Assembly (NCBI GenBank): GCA_052279835.1
Contig: CP181291.1
Span: forward strand, 5,664,001-5,728,000
DNA: 64,000 bases
Source: Microcoleus sp.
GTDB taxonomy: Bacteria > Cyanobacteriota > Cyanobacteriia > Cyanobacteriales > Microcoleaceae
Direction of reading: 5' to 3'
A program made the position numbers and the translations under genes. Below, piece after piece: positions 10,205-22,085 of the stretch. The stretch's first letter is position 1; each line of letters begins with the position of its first letter. The notes under the pieces were generated by a model. That model searched no databases. It had not been told where the DNA came from and was given only the letters and a program-made list of their open reading frames with translations.

Positions 10205-10277
10205 TGCCAGGAACGAGACTTGAACTCGTGACACGTGGATTTTCAGTCCACTGCTCTACCAACTGAGCTATCCCGGC
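10205..10277 (-). tRNA. trnF: tRNA-Phe(GAA), CCA not encoded
   Basis: Reverse complement GCCGGGATAGCTCAGTTGGTAGAGCAGTGGACTGAAAATCCACGTGTCACGAGTTCAAGTCTCGTTCCTGGCA forms a cloverleaf with anticodon GAA. Confidence 0.98.
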
Positions 10278-10408
10278 TTGTTTTTTCACGCTTAACTATC
10301 GTAACAGAGAGATCGGGAATTAGCAAGTAGTTTGCTAAAAAAAATTTCGATCGCGCGGGAACCCCTCCCCTGTAAGCTAAAAGCTGCAACTTAACACCCA
10401 AAATCGGA

Positions 10409-13096
10409 ATGACACGGCAACATCGGGGCAATGAAGACTACAGTCTGCTAGTCCTCGGCATAATTTGGCTGGTGGGGGCGATTAGCGATCGCCTCTGGTT
10501 CACCTTCGATCGCTCTGTCCCCGCCTGGGATCAAGCAGAATACCTCACCAGCACCCTGAATTACTTGCAGGTACTCCAACATCCCCAATGGTTATCGGGA
10601 GAATGGTGGACCAACTTCTGGCTACTTTCCACCAAAATTCCACCCTTAATTTTTATTGCCACAGTGCCGTTTTTGCGTATATTTGGGACTCGGCCCGATG
10701 AAGCAACCTTAGTTTTTTTATTATTTAGTGCCATTCTCCTGGTTTCAGTTTACTGTCTGAGCCTCCAATTATTTAATCGGCAAGTCGGTTTGTGGGCCGC
10801 TGCAATTTGTGTAGTTTTACCGGGGCTCTATCGGTTCCGCTTGCAATTTTTACTCGACTATCCTGTCACTGCGGCGATTACTTTGACTTTCTTTTGTCTG
10901 ACAATGTGGAAGGCTTCTGAAGCAAGCGCGCCCTTCGATGTCGATCGGGGTACCTTGAGGGAAGACATCACCCATAACACGGATGTTGATGCAAATAGGC
11001 GGATTAATTCTCGCAAACAGGCACAAGTTTGGTCTCTTTCTCTATCGTCTTACTTTTGGGCGATCGCAAGCGGCATTTCTCTCGGTTTATCCATCCTCGC
11101 CAAACACACCACCGTATTATTTCTATTTACCCCCATTGTCTGGTTAGCTGTCGCTACTTTCCGAAAAAAAGCTTGGGGAAGATTAGCTCAATTAGGCGGT
11201 GCTTTATTACTATCAGTGGCAGTATTTGGACCTTGGGCAAAAACGAATTGGCTGTTAATTTTGACCGGGGGAAAACGGGCAACTTTCGATTCGGCGATCG
11301 CCGAAGGAGACCCACCGCTCAATACAATCAATGCTTGGATTTACTACGGTCAACACTTACCCGAACAGGTTTCTTGGCCGCTGTTACTCATTCCCTTAGT
11401 CGGATTGCTACTTTATTATTGGCGACATCGAGGGCATCTGGGGTCAAGTTTTCAGCTTGATTCCTGTGGGTGGCTGGCTATTTTTTGGGTAGGATCTTAT
11501 CTGATTAATTCGGTCAACATTAATAAAGACGGTCGCTATGTTGTGCCATATTTACCAGTTTTATCAATTTTCTTAGCATACTTTTTGACTATGTGGCCCC
11601 AAAGATGGGGAAGGCAAATTCGCTGGGGTACAATGGGCTTAGCAATACTGGCGATGTTGTTTCATATGTGGCCGCTGGGAGGTGCTATGGGACATAATTT
11701 AGTCGAATTGGTTAGTCCTGGCAATTCGAGTTATCCTTACTTTGGCAAAGAGTGGCCGCACCGGGAGGTAATTGCAGAAATTAGGGAGACGGAACCTTAT
11801 TTACAATCGACTTTAGGTGTCTTACCTTCCACACCGGAAATTAATCAGCATAATTTGAATTATTATGGTGCTTTGGCTAATTTTCAGATTTACGGGCGAC
11901 AGGTGGGGACAAGTTTAAAAGAAGTGCCGCAAGATGTACGATCGCTTTCTTGGTTTGTCACTAAAACGGGAGACCAAGGTTCGATTCGCGAACGGATTAA
12001 AATTGCTCAAAATGCAGCGGTGGCTGCTATCGAAAAAGGCGATAAATTTCAGTTGCAAAAAACTTGGTTTTTGCCGGATTTTACTAATTTGAATCTTTAT
12101 CGGAAGCGATGGCGGGCTGTGGAAATCCAGCCTTTGAATGAAGCGCGATCGCAAGTACAATTAGAGCAAGTTACTGTTCCAGCCAGAGCAGTTCCCGGTG
12201 TTCCGATTCCAGTAACATATATTTGGTCTGGGCCTTGGCGACAGTTGCAGTCGGGTTTAGTCTTGGTAACATGGAAAAATCGCGGAGGTAGCGAAATCCA
12301 ACAGCCTGGACAAACTTCTGAGATTTTACACGATCGCGCGATCGCCCAAGGGACTTTGCATCCGGGGATGCTGGAGGCTGATAAATTTGCTGTGGGATTT
12401 CGAGTTGTCGATCGCACCGCCATGCTTCCTCCTGCTAATATTGCACCAGGAAGTTACAATCTAGAAGCTACTTATCTGAATCGGAACACCGGAGAAACTT
12501 ATCCGATGAATGTGGGGACAGTTACTGTTAGGATTGAGCCAGAGCCGGCGAACCAGAAGCAAAACCAGAAGCCGAAGAACCAGAAGCCTGGGAATGAGGA
12601 TAATCTCGAAAAGGTTGAGTTGGATTTGGTGACTCAATTGAGGACAATGGCTGCTAATTTACCGAAAGGATTGCCCGGTTTAGAACCAGTGTTTGAGCAG
12701 ATTGGACGCATCAATCAGTACGATCCAACTCAAGATTATACCATACAAGCGGAACAAGCCTTTGAATATCGATTGCAACAACAACCCAATAATCTAGAAT
12801 TGGCCTATGGGTTGGCATTGTCTAGGGCATTACAACAGAATGTCAATGGTGCGATCGCAGCTTTAGAAAAAGTCACTCAAATCGACTCAAAAAACCCCTA
12901 CGCCTATGCTTATCTAGCTTTTGTCAACCTTTATGGTTGGCATCCCAAAGCTGCGGAAACTGCCTTAAAACCCGCCCTCGTTCTCAACCCGAATCTACCG
13001 GAAATTAGAGTATTGAATGGTGTCGCCACACTCTTACAAGGCAATCTGATCCAAGCATGGCAAGATCTACAATACGTGAAAAAACTCAAAATTTAA
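10409..13096 (+). CDS. Phospholipid-carrier-dependent (GT-C, PMT/ArnT-like) glycosyltransferase with C-terminal TPR region
   Basis: PAWDQAEYL motif after TM1, multiple TM helices, FLLDYP, NKDGRY, TPR-like C-terminus. Confidence 0.82.
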   Translation: MTRQHRGNEDYSLLVLGIIWLVGAISDRLWFTFDRSVPAWDQAEYLTSTLNYLQVLQHPQWLSGEWWTNFWLLSTKIPPLIFIATVPFLRIFGTRPDEATLVFLLFSAILLVSVYCLSLQLFNRQVGLWAAAICVVLPGLYRFRLQFLLDYPVTAAITLTFFCLTMWKASEASAPFDVDRGTLREDITHNTDVDANRRINSRKQAQVWSLSLSSYFWAIASGISLGLSILAKHTTVLFLFTPIVWLAVATFRKKAWGRLAQLGGALLLSVAVFGPWAKTNWLLILTGGKRATFDSAIAEGDPPLNTINAWIYYGQHLPEQVSWPLLLIPLVGLLLYYWRHRGHLGSSFQLDSCGWLAIFWVGSYLINSVNINKDGRYVVPYLPVLSIFLAYFLTMWPQRWGRQIRWGTMGLAILAMLFHMWPLGGAMGHNLVELVSPGNSSYPYFGKEWPHREVIAEIRETEPYLQSTLGVLPSTPEINQHNLNYYGALANFQIYGRQVGTSLKEVPQDVRSLSWFVTKTGDQGSIRERIKIAQNAAVAAIEKGDKFQLQKTWFLPDFTNLNLYRKRWRAVEIQPLNEARSQVQLEQVTVPARAVPGVPIPVTYIWSGPWRQLQSGLVLVTWKNRGGSEIQQPGQTSEILHDRAIAQGTLHPGMLEADKFAVGFRVVDRTAMLPPANIAPGSYNLEATYLNRNTGETYPMNVGTVTVRIEPEPANQKQNQKPKNQKPGNEDNLEKVELDLVTQLRTMAANLPKGLPGLEPVFEQIGRINQYDPTQDYTIQAEQAFEYRLQQQPNNLELAYGLALSRALQQNVNGAIAALEKVTQIDSKNPYAYAYLAFVNLYGWHPKAAETALKPALVLNPNLPEIRVLNGVATLLQGNLIQAWQDLQYVKKLKI

Positions 13097-13160
13097 AAAT
13101 CATGTTTGAGTTTTTTCATCTCAGAAATCAAGGGTGCATCTGTGTTTTGCAAATATATTC

Positions 13161-13235
13161 CTAGGGGCGAAGCATGACCGCTGTAAATCTCTGGTTATTA
13201 CTAATAAATTGTCGGCGGTCATGCTTCGCCCCTAC
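13161..13235. repeat. GTAG-type REP doublet (REPIN-like)
   Basis: TAGGGGCGAAGCATGACCGC ... GCGGTCATGCTTCGCCCCTAC inverted pair. Confidence 0.8.
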
Positions 13236-13314
13236 AAAATCGGGATGCTCCCAAAATCAACTCCTGATTACGAACCAGTTGATGTGGTTTGTAATCAGGA
13301 ATTCAATCCTCCTT

Positions 13315-13938
13315 CTATTTGGCATCAGCCGGGATCAAAACCTTATCAATTACGTGAATCACGCCGTTGCTAGCTTTGATATCAGCTTTCACGACATTAG
13401 CACCATCTACTGTCACCTTGCCGCCACTAACTACTACCTTCAGGGGGGTTTTTTCAACACTGGTAACATTACCGGATTTCAGGCCAGTAGATAAAACAGC
13501 ACCAGGAACAACGTGATAAGTCAAAATCTTGGTCAGTTTAGCTTTGTTCGCGGGTTTGAGCAAATCATCCAAAGTGCCTTTTGGTAAAGCAGCGAAGGCA
13601 GCATCTGTCGGTGCGAACACAGTGAACGGGCCTTTTCCTTGTAAAGTTGAAACTAATCCTGCGGCTGTTAAAGCCTTGGTTAATGTTTTGAATTGAGCGT
13701 CGCCTGATGCAATGGCGACAATATCCTTAGCAGCCATTGTTGATGGTGAAGCCCCTGGCGCTGGGGAAGCAGCGGTTTTGACGTTTCCAGCCACTTGTTG
13801 AGTTGGAGTTGCACTAGCAACATTAGTTTTGGCGTTGATGTGCGCCCAAGCTGGGAAACCAATGAGGGCGCTAGCGCCGATTACTCCTGCAAAACCTGTC
13901 AGTTTTTTCATCAAGTTAGGTAAATTTTGATTTTTCAT
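13315..13938 (-). CDS. Secreted fasciclin (FAS1) domain protein
   Basis: Signal peptide; [32 protein letters not shown]. Confidence 0.95.
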   Translation of the reverse strand: MKNQNLPNLMKKLTGFAGVIGASALIGFPAWAHINAKTNVASATPTQQVAGNVKTAASPAPGASPSTMAAKDIVAIASGDAQFKTLTKALTAAGLVSTLQGKGPFTVFAPTDAAFAALPKGTLDDLLKPANKAKLTKILTYHVVPGAVLSTGLKSGNVTSVEKTPLKVVVSGGKVTVDGANVVKADIKASNGVIHVIDKVLIPADAK

Positions 13939-14107
13939 TGCGCTTGCATTTCCTTATGACAATAAAACAATGGACTTGAATTCTTTTGTTAGCCTGTTGT
14001 GCACAATAGGCAATGGTTGAAAAGGCTAAACTAGAGGTAGAATCTGCTTAGATTGTCGATCGCACCAAAACTTCCTTAATATAACGCAACATTCGCAAAA
14101 AAGCGGC

Positions 14108-14890
14108 TCAAGCGCTAAATTTGTAACTCAAAATCTCAATCACCGAACCGCTCGGTGGCAAAGAATTGGATCGAATGGAAATGGTATCATTATTCAATCG
14201 ACTGACCGGCGTGCCATCCATCAGCGCCAAGAATTCATCTAGTGTGGCCAAATCGCACGCAGCAGCATCAGCAGCTTGGGTTTTGAAGTGTGTGGGAATC
14301 ACCATCTTTGGTTTGAGAAGTTGCAAAGTTTGCTTTGCTTCGGCAGGAGTATAGGCTTTCGGGCCACCACCGACGGGAATCAGCACTACATCTGGACGCC
14401 CGATCAAGATTTGTTCTTCAATGCCGATCGGAGCTGCAACTCCACCGAGATGTAGAATTTTAACACCAGCTTGCTCCCACAGCCAAGCCACATTCACCCC
14501 AAATCGCCGTCCTCCCTCGCGGTCTTTTTCCATGCGAATTCCTTGCAGTCGCAGCCCATTTGACTGATAAGACCCCGGTTCGTACAAAAGGCCGGGATTG
14601 CCAGAAAATCCGTCTATCGCCCCTTCATCGAGCAACCGACTGCTAATCAGAATCAAATCTGTAGGGACTTTAGGAGATCTATAGCCCGCCGTACAGCCCA
14701 GGGGACGAAAAGGATTCACCAGCACCCTTGCACCGCCTCCTGTAAACAAAAAGCAAGTGTGGCCTAGCCACTGAACCGACAAAGAATCAGCAGTTTGAGC
14801 CATATAGCTTTCCCATCCAGATGGCAAACCAGTTGCTAAAGCTGCCAGCAAACTTGTCTGTGCGTAACGCATTAATTGTCGCCGTTTCAT
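14108..14890 (-). CDS. MBL-fold metallo-hydrolase-like protein with probable Tat signal
   Basis: MKRRQLM signal, WLGHTCFL, ILHLG, IPVGG, VIPTH. Confidence 0.85.
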   Translation of the reverse strand: MKRRQLMRYAQTSLLAALATGLPSGWESYMAQTADSLSVQWLGHTCFLFTGGGARVLVNPFRPLGCTAGYRSPKVPTDLILISSRLLDEGAIDGFSGNPGLLYEPGSYQSNGLRLQGIRMEKDREGGRRFGVNVAWLWEQAGVKILHLGGVAAPIGIEEQILIGRPDVVLIPVGGGPKAYTPAEAKQTLQLLKPKMVIPTHFKTQAADAAACDLATLDEFLALMDGTPVSRLNNDTISIRSNSLPPSGSVIEILSYKFSA

Positions 14891-15086
14891 CTTTTGGTGC
14901 TGCGATCGGGTGTTGGTCATTTGTGGTTATACCACAAATTAGGATTTTATCGCTCAATTTGTTTCGGGGGAACCCAACATCACTCAAAATTCAAAATAGA
15001 CATTTCCCATAATTGTTGTGTAATATCGTTTCCGGTCATCCCACACTAACCGAGGCGGTATAGTGTGGGGATTCCCGTCTGTTTAG

Positions 15087-15674
15087 CTAAAGTCGTTCCA
15101 AGAAATTGCGTAATAATTGTTTTCCCGAAGTTGTTAAAATACTTTCCGGGTGAAACTGTACCCCTTCAATATGCGGATATTCCCGATGTCGGACACCCAT
15201 AATAGTTCCATCCTCAACCCAAGCTGTAATTTCCAAAACCTCTGGACAACTCTGTTTTTCTATAACCAAACTGTGATAACGAGTTGCAGTCATTGGCGAT
15301 TCCACACCGCGAAACACCCCCAATCCCCGATGTTCCACCTCAGAAGTTTTGCCGTGCATTAGTATGGGTGCAGAAACTATTTTGCCACCGAATACTTGAC
15401 CGATGCTTTGGTGTCCCAGACACACGCCCAAAATTGGCATAGTCGGCCCCAATTCTTTGATTAATTCTAGAGAAATTCCCGCATCTTCCGGCCGCCCTGG
15501 ACCGGGAGAAATCACAACTGCCGCCGGTTGCAATCTGCGAATTTCTGCTAGAGAAATTTGGTCGTTGCGGTAGACTTGCACCTCTTTTGCTACTGGCAAT
15601 TCAGCACCTAGTTCTCCTAGATACTGGACCAAGTTGTATGTAAAACTGTCGTAGTTATCGATGACTATAATCAC
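15087..15674 (-). CDS. trpG: Anthranilate/aminodeoxychorismate synthase component II
   Basis: [31 protein letters not shown]. Confidence 0.93.
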   Translation of the reverse strand: MIIVIDNYDSFTYNLVQYLGELGAELPVAKEVQVYRNDQISLAEIRRLQPAAVVISPGPGRPEDAGISLELIKELGPTMPILGVCLGHQSIGQVFGGKIVSAPILMHGKTSEVEHRGLGVFRGVESPMTATRYHSLVIEKQSCPEVLEITAWVEDGTIMGVRHREYPHIEGVQFHPESILTTSGKQLLRNFLERL

Positions 15675-15695
15675 GGCTTAACTTTAATTTGAGGT

Positions 15696-16205
15696 CTAAT
15701 TGGCGATGGCTAATTGAATCACTGTCCAAAAAGGAGGTAGTAAAAGTGCCACCGCGACGATCGCCGCCGCCATTGCCGATACCAGTACCGCCCCAGCAGC
15801 GCAGTCCTTGGCAATTTTCGCCAGTTCGTGGTAAGATTGTCCTACAGTCAAGTCTACCAGGGATTCGATCGCCGTATTCAACAATTCCATTGCCAAGACT
15901 ATACCAATCGTAATGCCGATCACGGATATTTCCACAGGCTTCAGGTGTAAAAATACCCCAAGTCCGATCGCCAGAGTGCCAATTACCGTGTGGATGCGAA
16001 AATTACGCTGAGTTTCAAAAGCGTAACTCAAGCCAGCCCAAGCATATTTAAAACTAATCGCTAAGTTAGATGCTATTTTCCAGGACAGTTCTCGATTGTA
16101 TTTTAATGCTTTTTTTGACCCATTGACTGTCTGATTGGAAGAGTCTGGAGGCATGGTTAGAAGCTGTGCAATATTTGATACTTTTGACTGTTGCTCTAGT
16201 GTCAT
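15696..16205 (-). CDS. dgkA: Diacylglycerol kinase family protein
   Basis: SFKYAWAG, RNFRIH, ELLNTAIE, AKIAKDCAAGAV; start approximate. Confidence 0.9.
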   Translation of the reverse strand: MTLEQQSKVSNIAQLLTMPPDSSNQTVNGSKKALKYNRELSWKIASNLAISFKYAWAGLSYAFETQRNFRIHTVIGTLAIGLGVFLHLKPVEISVIGITIGIVLAMELLNTAIESLVDLTVGQSYHELAKIAKDCAAGAVLVSAMAAAIVAVALLLPPFWTVIQLAIAN

Positions 16206-16385
16206 AAACAACCAACTTTATATGATAAAGACGAGTACGTTTGAAAGATGAAAGATTGACTTGATAACAGTCTCCATAACTTTCCTAGGTCTTTACTCTA
16301 AAATTGATGTAATTTCCGAAAGTTATGCTTGAGTTTATCTGATTGGTCAACTCATCACCAGCCTAGTCTATCCAATTTCAAATTC

Positions 16386-16922
16386 CTATAATGGTGTCTG
16401 GATCACAATATCGATTGCTTGTAGCAAAGTTTCCTGTCGATCGAGCATTTGGATTAAACTTTCTTCATCAGGGTGATCCCATCCCAAAAGGTGTAGAAAA
16501 CCGTGGGCTGCAAGCCAAGCTAGTTCAGTCTTCAGCGGATGTCCTTGCTGCTGGGCCTGTCGGTTGGCCGTATCGATGGAAATTACGATATCACCCAAGT
16601 ATAGAGGTTCAGATGACATTTCATCTAACCCAGGACACTCTACTTCTAAGGCCGCAAAAGCTAGTACATCAGTCGATCGATCCTGGTGACGGTACTGAGA
16701 ATTCAGCGATTGCATTTCCTCATCCCCTGTCAGACGCAGACTCACTTCATAGCCAGGGGCAGCAGGCACATCCTCATGCTGATTTTCCAGCCAAACACCA
16801 AACCAAGTTTCCCAAGTTTCGGCGGCAATCTCCCCGCTAGCTGCACTCTGAGGTTCCTGGGAATTATCAGCAGACTGTTGGGCTAGCCCATAACAGTCTT
16901 CCACATTCACCTCTATAATCAT
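16386..16922 (-). CDS. ybeY: rRNA maturation RNase YbeY
   Basis: LNSQYR, TDVLAF, LGDIVIS, HGFLHLLGWDH. Confidence 0.96.
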   Translation of the reverse strand: MIIEVNVEDCYGLAQQSADNSQEPQSAASGEIAAETWETWFGVWLENQHEDVPAAPGYEVSLRLTGDEEMQSLNSQYRHQDRSTDVLAFAALEVECPGLDEMSSEPLYLGDIVISIDTANRQAQQQGHPLKTELAWLAAHGFLHLLGWDHPDEESLIQMLDRQETLLQAIDIVIQTPL

Positions 16923-17209
16923 TTTTGGCGTTTCCTGTCAAGCATTTTTATCAGTAATTTTTAGTAAAATCTCAGATTGTGCGATCGAGTTCAGAAACTT
17001 TTGGCTTTTAGCAGGAACGATACAATAATTTGTCGAAGATTGCAAGATTCCGAAACTGCAATTAGCTTAACTCCCCAATCGTCAAAAATCAAAATAGAAA
17101 TTAAAAAACCCGGTTTCTGGCGATCGCCCTCCAGCTACAATCAGGCAATCACCCAAATCAACCGAGTTTTGGCGTCGGGAAATTAGCAACACACTACTGA
17201 AAACCGGAT

Positions 17210-17431
17210 TTAAGAATTGAAATATCGATCGACACAAGCCAAAGCCACCAGTACGCCCAAAAGCCCAGCAGCAGTCAACGCAAAATGAAACAGAGAAGTC
17301 GCCCGCTTCCGCACCATATTCCGCATCGCCAGCTTGACATAACTCGGCGCAGGTGGAGCACCAGCAGAGGTTGGCGGGATTTCGGAGGCGGTTTCTTCAG
17401 AAGTTGTTGGGATAGAAGGAGGTTGAGTCAT
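17210..17431 (-). CDS. DUF3285-like small membrane protein
   Basis: PSYVKLAMRNMVRK...LFHF motif followed by one TM helix. Confidence 0.8.
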   Translation of the reverse strand: MTQPPSIPTTSEETASEIPPTSAGAPPAPSYVKLAMRNMVRKRATSLFHFALTAAGLLGVLVALACVDRYFNS

Positions 17432-17835
17432 AGTTTCAAATAAGTTTCAGGCTAAGTTTCAGGGAGTGGGACAGCCAGTACAGCCCCTACACGGAATGAA
17501 AGCGCCGTGCTCTGGTAGGGGCGGTGGATGGTGCGTGGGTATCCTCTGTAGAGGCGATCGAATTCAATGCAGCCTCCTAAAAAATTGGTATAACACAACC
17601 AAACACCAGAAATCAATGCAAACCCAAACCAATAAATCTAATCATTAACAGGATTTGACCTAGGGTAAAAATTTTTATTGAAATCTGAATAATGCCGATG
17701 CTACCGGATTTGATCAGAAAATCTCTCCAACCCGCCCTACCCTGCAAGTTTTGTAAAAATTAATTTGCTGGGGCGGATTTATGTGTATTATTTTTAGTCA
17801 TCAAATATTGTTGCTAAAATCCGCCATACCACATA

Positions 17836-18684
17836 ATGAAAAAAACAAAATTGGATTTTGTAGATTCTAAGACTGGAAGACACTTGCTAGATGCCATCTA
17901 TGAAAAGTTTGCCAAACCTCAACTGCATGATACTTTCAAACCCAGTAATCCTTCAATTTATGTGCGACACGACGTGGGAGAAATTATACATGATTATCTA
18001 GTAGAAAAAGTGTTTGAACATCCTGAGACAGGTTTTTATGCGGAAGCTAGAGTTCCTGTTTCTATTAATAATCCATCGGTTTTGGTGATTCGGGGTTATG
18101 GTTCATGGTATCCTTTCGAGCGCGTTTTGGAAGATACGCCAGATGTGTTTATATCACAAGTGGAACGACAGTTAAAAGGCGCGGAAATCGCGGGTGCTAT
18201 TGATTGGATTAAGCAGCAGTTTACTAGGGGAAATTCTGCGGATGTTATTGGAGAAAGTTTGGGCGGGAAAGTGGCTCAACAAATAGTAGTAAAATACCCC
18301 GATTATATTCGATCTACTGTCACTTTTAATGCTTTGGGGGTTTCGGAAAAGTTAGTTAAAACTTCTACAGCTACGAAAGTTTTTCATTACTTTACTTTAG
18401 GCGAAAGGTATGCTTTTTGGGCAAATGGAGGCGATTATATACCGGGAACAATTTTGATAGTTTCCCAGAAGGGCGAAAACTGGTGGTATAAGATAGAAGA
18501 GGCGATCGTCCGCAAGGCCACTTTTAATGGCAAGTTTCGGAAACGGCGAGTATTGATGGTATTATTGGCTCAGTTAATTTTGCTAAATAGACATAATGCG
18601 ATCGTCCTACACCGACGAAAACCAGTGGTAGTTCAGATCGATCGCACTCAATTACAAATTTTCCGAAAAAACCGCTTTACCTAA
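17836..18684 (+). CDS. Alpha/beta hydrolase (lipase class 3-like)
   Basis: VLVIRG, nucleophile elbow GESLGG, VTFNALG. Confidence 0.7.
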   Translation: MKKTKLDFVDSKTGRHLLDAIYEKFAKPQLHDTFKPSNPSIYVRHDVGEIIHDYLVEKVFEHPETGFYAEARVPVSINNPSVLVIRGYGSWYPFERVLEDTPDVFISQVERQLKGAEIAGAIDWIKQQFTRGNSADVIGESLGGKVAQQIVVKYPDYIRSTVTFNALGVSEKLVKTSTATKVFHYFTLGERYAFWANGGDYIPGTILIVSQKGENWWYKIEEAIVRKATFNGKFRKRRVLMVLLAQLILLNRHNAIVLHRRKPVVVQIDRTQLQIFRKNRFT

Positions 18685-18701
18685 ACTCGCGCCAAATCGC
18701 T

Positions 18702-19178
18702 TCATACCGCCGATGGCTGATTTTCGCGGGCTGCTACGGCGAGTACCAAACAGAGTGCTGCAACTGCTTTTTCCCATTCTTGCTTAAGTTCAAGGGGTGT
18801 CACATCCTTAAATATACCAACTAAACGAGGGATCGATCGTTCTAATGCCGGTCTAGGAATCGATTTGTGCAACTCAACTAAACGAGTTAAACTTTCTTGA
18901 TTTCTCAAAAAACCGACTACCCATTTAGTAGTATGATCTGGACTGTCAGGGACTTTTTTAATGCTTAGTTCAGTTTGTAACCAGTCGTAAAAAGGTGGGA
19001 GATGTTGGGCTAAAACTGCCCCAGCAGTAGGTAAGCTTTCTTTGAGTAAATTAGTATCGAGACTTCCCAACAGTTGACTGAGCTCCGGTGAATCTAGCAA
19101 AGTGGTTAATGGAAGTGAAAGCAGGGCTTCTGAAGCTTCTGGGGATAAATTTAAACACCGAGAAAATGTTTCTAGCAT
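18702..19178 (-). CDS. Hypothetical protein
   Basis: 158-aa ATG-started ORF filling the gap, helical composition. Confidence 0.7.
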   Translation of the reverse strand: MLETFSRCLNLSPEASEALLSLPLTTLLDSPELSQLLGSLDTNLLKESLPTAGAVLAQHLPPFYDWLQTELSIKKVPDSPDHTTKWVVGFLRNQESLTRLVELHKSIPRPALERSIPRLVGIFKDVTPLELKQEWEKAVAALCLVLAVAARENQPSAV

Positions 19179-19372
19179 CGGAAAGTATCTGGTAAAGATG
19201 ACACTTTCATTATCCCACTAACGCGCATCAATGAATATGAGCTAGCTCATATTAACAGAAGTTATGCACAGAATTTGTGGCCGGGGCGGGTTTACAAGAT
19301 TGTTGGTTTTTGACCATTCTGGTTGGTAAAACCCGCCCCTACAGGTATTTACGATTATTTAAGTTGCGGATT

Positions 19373-20257
19373 CTACACAAATTCTCCTTTAGCAACCATC
19401 ACCACTTTTCCACCTACCAACACTTCTATTTTTCCGGCATTTTTTGCTGATTGCAACAACAGCAGCGAAGGTCGATCGATCTCATAACCTTGCTCGACTC
19501 TCACATTAATCTTTTCTGCCCTATAATAAGCATATTCGACCAAATATCCAGCTAAACAGCCATTGGCACTCCCCGTCGCCGGATCTTCGGGAATTCCTAA
19601 ATAAGGCGCAAAAACTCGGACGCTCAAGTCATTAATATCATTGTAAGTCTCTGGACAAAATATTAAAATTTCTGTGGCTTCTGTGGTCTCAATCAGCTCA
19701 GAATATTGCTCTAAGTTGACTTTGGCTTTCTTGAGCGAGGCTAGGTTTTTGAGCGGTACTATTATAAATGGTACTCCCGTGGAAACTTCTTGAATTGGGA
19801 ATTTTTCATCTATTTCATCGACTTCTAAATTCAGCACCCTTGCGAGTATGGCGGCTGATAAAACTTGACAAAAGGTAGGCGCTTTTTGTCGCATCCATAA
19901 AATATCTGGGACTGCATTGTGATAGCTGAAAGTAACGGGAATTTGACCGACTGCTAGATTTAAAATAACTTGTTCTACAGGTTGATTGATAATCTGTTGC
20001 TGCAAAACGAATGCTGTTCCTAAAGTGGGATGACCGGCAAAGGGCAATTCTTTTTTTGGGGTGAATATCCGCACATCGTAGCCCCCGTTTTGTTGTTGGG
20101 GCGATCGCACAAACGTAGTTTCTGAATAATTAATTTCCCTGGCTATCATCAGCATTTCGCTCTCCGATAGCTGTGCAACTCCCGCACCGCAAAAGACTGC
20201 TAGCTGGTTGCCAGCATATTTTGACTCGGCAAATACGTCAACTATGTAAAAATTCAT
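19373..20257 (-). CDS. PhzF family epimerase
   Basis: DVF...GNQLAV, SETTF, RIFTP..ELPFAGHPTLG, EDPATGSA. Confidence 0.94.
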   Translation of the reverse strand: MNFYIVDVFAESKYAGNQLAVFCGAGVAQLSESEMLMIAREINYSETTFVRSPQQQNGGYDVRIFTPKKELPFAGHPTLGTAFVLQQQIINQPVEQVILNLAVGQIPVTFSYHNAVPDILWMRQKAPTFCQVLSAAILARVLNLEVDEIDEKFPIQEVSTGVPFIIVPLKNLASLKKAKVNLEQYSELIETTEATEILIFCPETYNDINDLSVRVFAPYLGIPEDPATGSANGCLAGYLVEYAYYRAEKINVRVEQGYEIDRPSLLLLQSAKNAGKIEVLVGGKVVMVAKGEFV

Positions 20258-20363
20258 AATTATGTCTCTGGGCTTTATGCTTTAATTCTTAAGTATTTTC
20301 TCGTTACCAGGCTTTGCCTGGTAACGCAGATCCAGAGGCTCCGCCTCGCCAATATCCAATGCT

Positions 20364-21917
20364 CTATTTCAAACAACGAATTGCTTGCAACATCCCCCTA
20401 GCTTTATTCAGGGTTTCCTCATATTCCATTTCTGGGTTAGAATCCGCCACCAAACCAGCACCTGCTTGCACAGAAACCGAATGTTGATCAGCACCTAAAG
20501 AGCGCACAACCATAGTCCGAATCGCGATCGCACTATTCAACTGTCCCTCAAAATCATAATACCCATAAACCCCAGAATAGGGTCCCCGGCGGCAACCTTC
20601 CAATTCATGTACAATCTCCATCGCCCGAATCTTGGGAGCACCACTAACCGTACCCGCCGGAAAACCAGCCTTCAACAAATCCCAAGCAGTCTTATCCTCA
20701 GCCAATTCTCCGATGACATTACTCACAATGTGCATCACATGAGAATAACGCTCAATTCCCATTAATTCATCAACCTTTACCGTACCGCTGCGGCAAACTC
20801 TACCCAAGTCATTTCTGCCCAAATCAACTAACATGACGTGTTCCGCAATTTCTTTCGGATCTTGCAATAATTCAGCAGCCAAAGCATCATCTTCTTGAGC
20901 AGTTTTACCCCGGCGACGAGTACCGGCGATCGGGCGCAAAGTTGCGATTCTCTTGCCATCTGGCGTGTTTTCTGCCTTCACCATAATCTCTGGACTGGAA
21001 CCGATAATCTGCCAATCTTTGAAATTGAAATAAGCCATGTAGGGAGAAGGATTAATCAAACGCAAAGAGCGGTAAAGTGCAAAAGGATCGCCACTGTATT
21101 CAGATTCCAGTCGCTGGGAAATCACTACCTGAAAAATATCTCCGGCTTTAATATAATCCTTAGCTTTTAAGACATTGGCACAATACTTTTCGGGAGTAGT
21201 ATTGCTGGTATAACTCAATTCTGTTTCTGTATTTCCGGTGGGGGAACTGGCATCTTGCCCGTTATTGGGAGGAGTCCATTCTATGAGAGTAGATTGCTGG
21301 GAAAGCGGGGATTTGAGTTTATCAACTAACTGAGAAACGCGATCGCACGCTTGCCCATAAGCCTCAGCCAAATCAACGCCAACATCACGCAAATCCGCAT
21401 AGGCTACGGCCCAAATCTTCCGTTTCACCTGATCGAAAATCAACAAATTATCCACCTGCATCCACAACCCATCGGGCAAATCTTTCTCCCCAGCCGGATA
21501 CACAGGAACGCGCGGTTCAATCCACTTAATTAACTCATAACCCCAAAACCCAAACAACCCCCCAATTCCCGCTGGTAACTGTGGCAATTTCACCGGTTGA
21601 TAAGACTGCAAACATTCAGTTAAAGCCACAAACGGATCGCCGCTAAATACTTTTTGGGAACCATCGCGGTAAACTTGAATTGTTTGCGATCCCTTTGCCT
21701 CCAAAATCCACAACGGATCGCACCCTAAAAAACTATAACGCCCAATTTTTTCCCCACCTTCGACGGACTCTAGCAAAAAACTGTAAGGTTGACCGGCACA
21801 TACCCGATACCACGCAGAAACTGGCGTATCTAAATCAGCCACCCATTCTTGATAAACAGGGACAAAATTGCCTTGTTTTGCCAGTTCGGAGAATTGTGAG
21901 AATTCGGGGAATATCAT
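20364..21917 (-). CDS. trpE: Anthranilate synthase component I
   Basis: [57 protein letters not shown]; start at MIFP. Confidence 0.95.
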   Translation of the reverse strand: MIFPEFSQFSELAKQGNFVPVYQEWVADLDTPVSAWYRVCAGQPYSFLLESVEGGEKIGRYSFLGCDPLWILEAKGSQTIQVYRDGSQKVFSGDPFVALTECLQSYQPVKLPQLPAGIGGLFGFWGYELIKWIEPRVPVYPAGEKDLPDGLWMQVDNLLIFDQVKRKIWAVAYADLRDVGVDLAEAYGQACDRVSQLVDKLKSPLSQQSTLIEWTPPNNGQDASSPTGNTETELSYTSNTTPEKYCANVLKAKDYIKAGDIFQVVISQRLESEYSGDPFALYRSLRLINPSPYMAYFNFKDWQIIGSSPEIMVKAENTPDGKRIATLRPIAGTRRRGKTAQEDDALAAELLQDPKEIAEHVMLVDLGRNDLGRVCRSGTVKVDELMGIERYSHVMHIVSNVIGELAEDKTAWDLLKAGFPAGTVSGAPKIRAMEIVHELEGCRRGPYSGVYGYYDFEGQLNSAIAIRTMVVRSLGADQHSVSVQAGAGLVADSNPEMEYEETLNKARGMLQAIRCLK

Positions 21918-21921
21918 AGGG

Positions 21922-21962
21922 AGAAGGAAGATGGAAGAAGGAAGATGGAAGATGGAAGATGG
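21922..21962. repeat. Heptamer short tandem repeat (GGAAGAT/GGAAGAA), STRR-like
   Basis: About five 7-mers immediately upstream of trpE. Confidence 0.75.
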
Positions 21963-22085
21963 CCCTTCGACTCGGCGATCGGGTACAAAGAAGGATGAAA
22001 TAAAATGCAATAATAGCAATATTATCAGCGATTTAGAAATTCTTAACCGTCTTGGCGGTTGCTATACTAAACTTTAATTAAATAA

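Noticed and set aside
10205..13096. Genomic island integrated at tRNA-Phe
   Set aside because: No integrase and no duplicated tRNA 3' end were seen; the flanking genes are core-like and contain HIP1.
21918..22019. Extended trpE N-terminus or attenuator leader peptide
   Set aside because: It is translated heptamer repeat with no Trp codons, and MIFP is the expected start.
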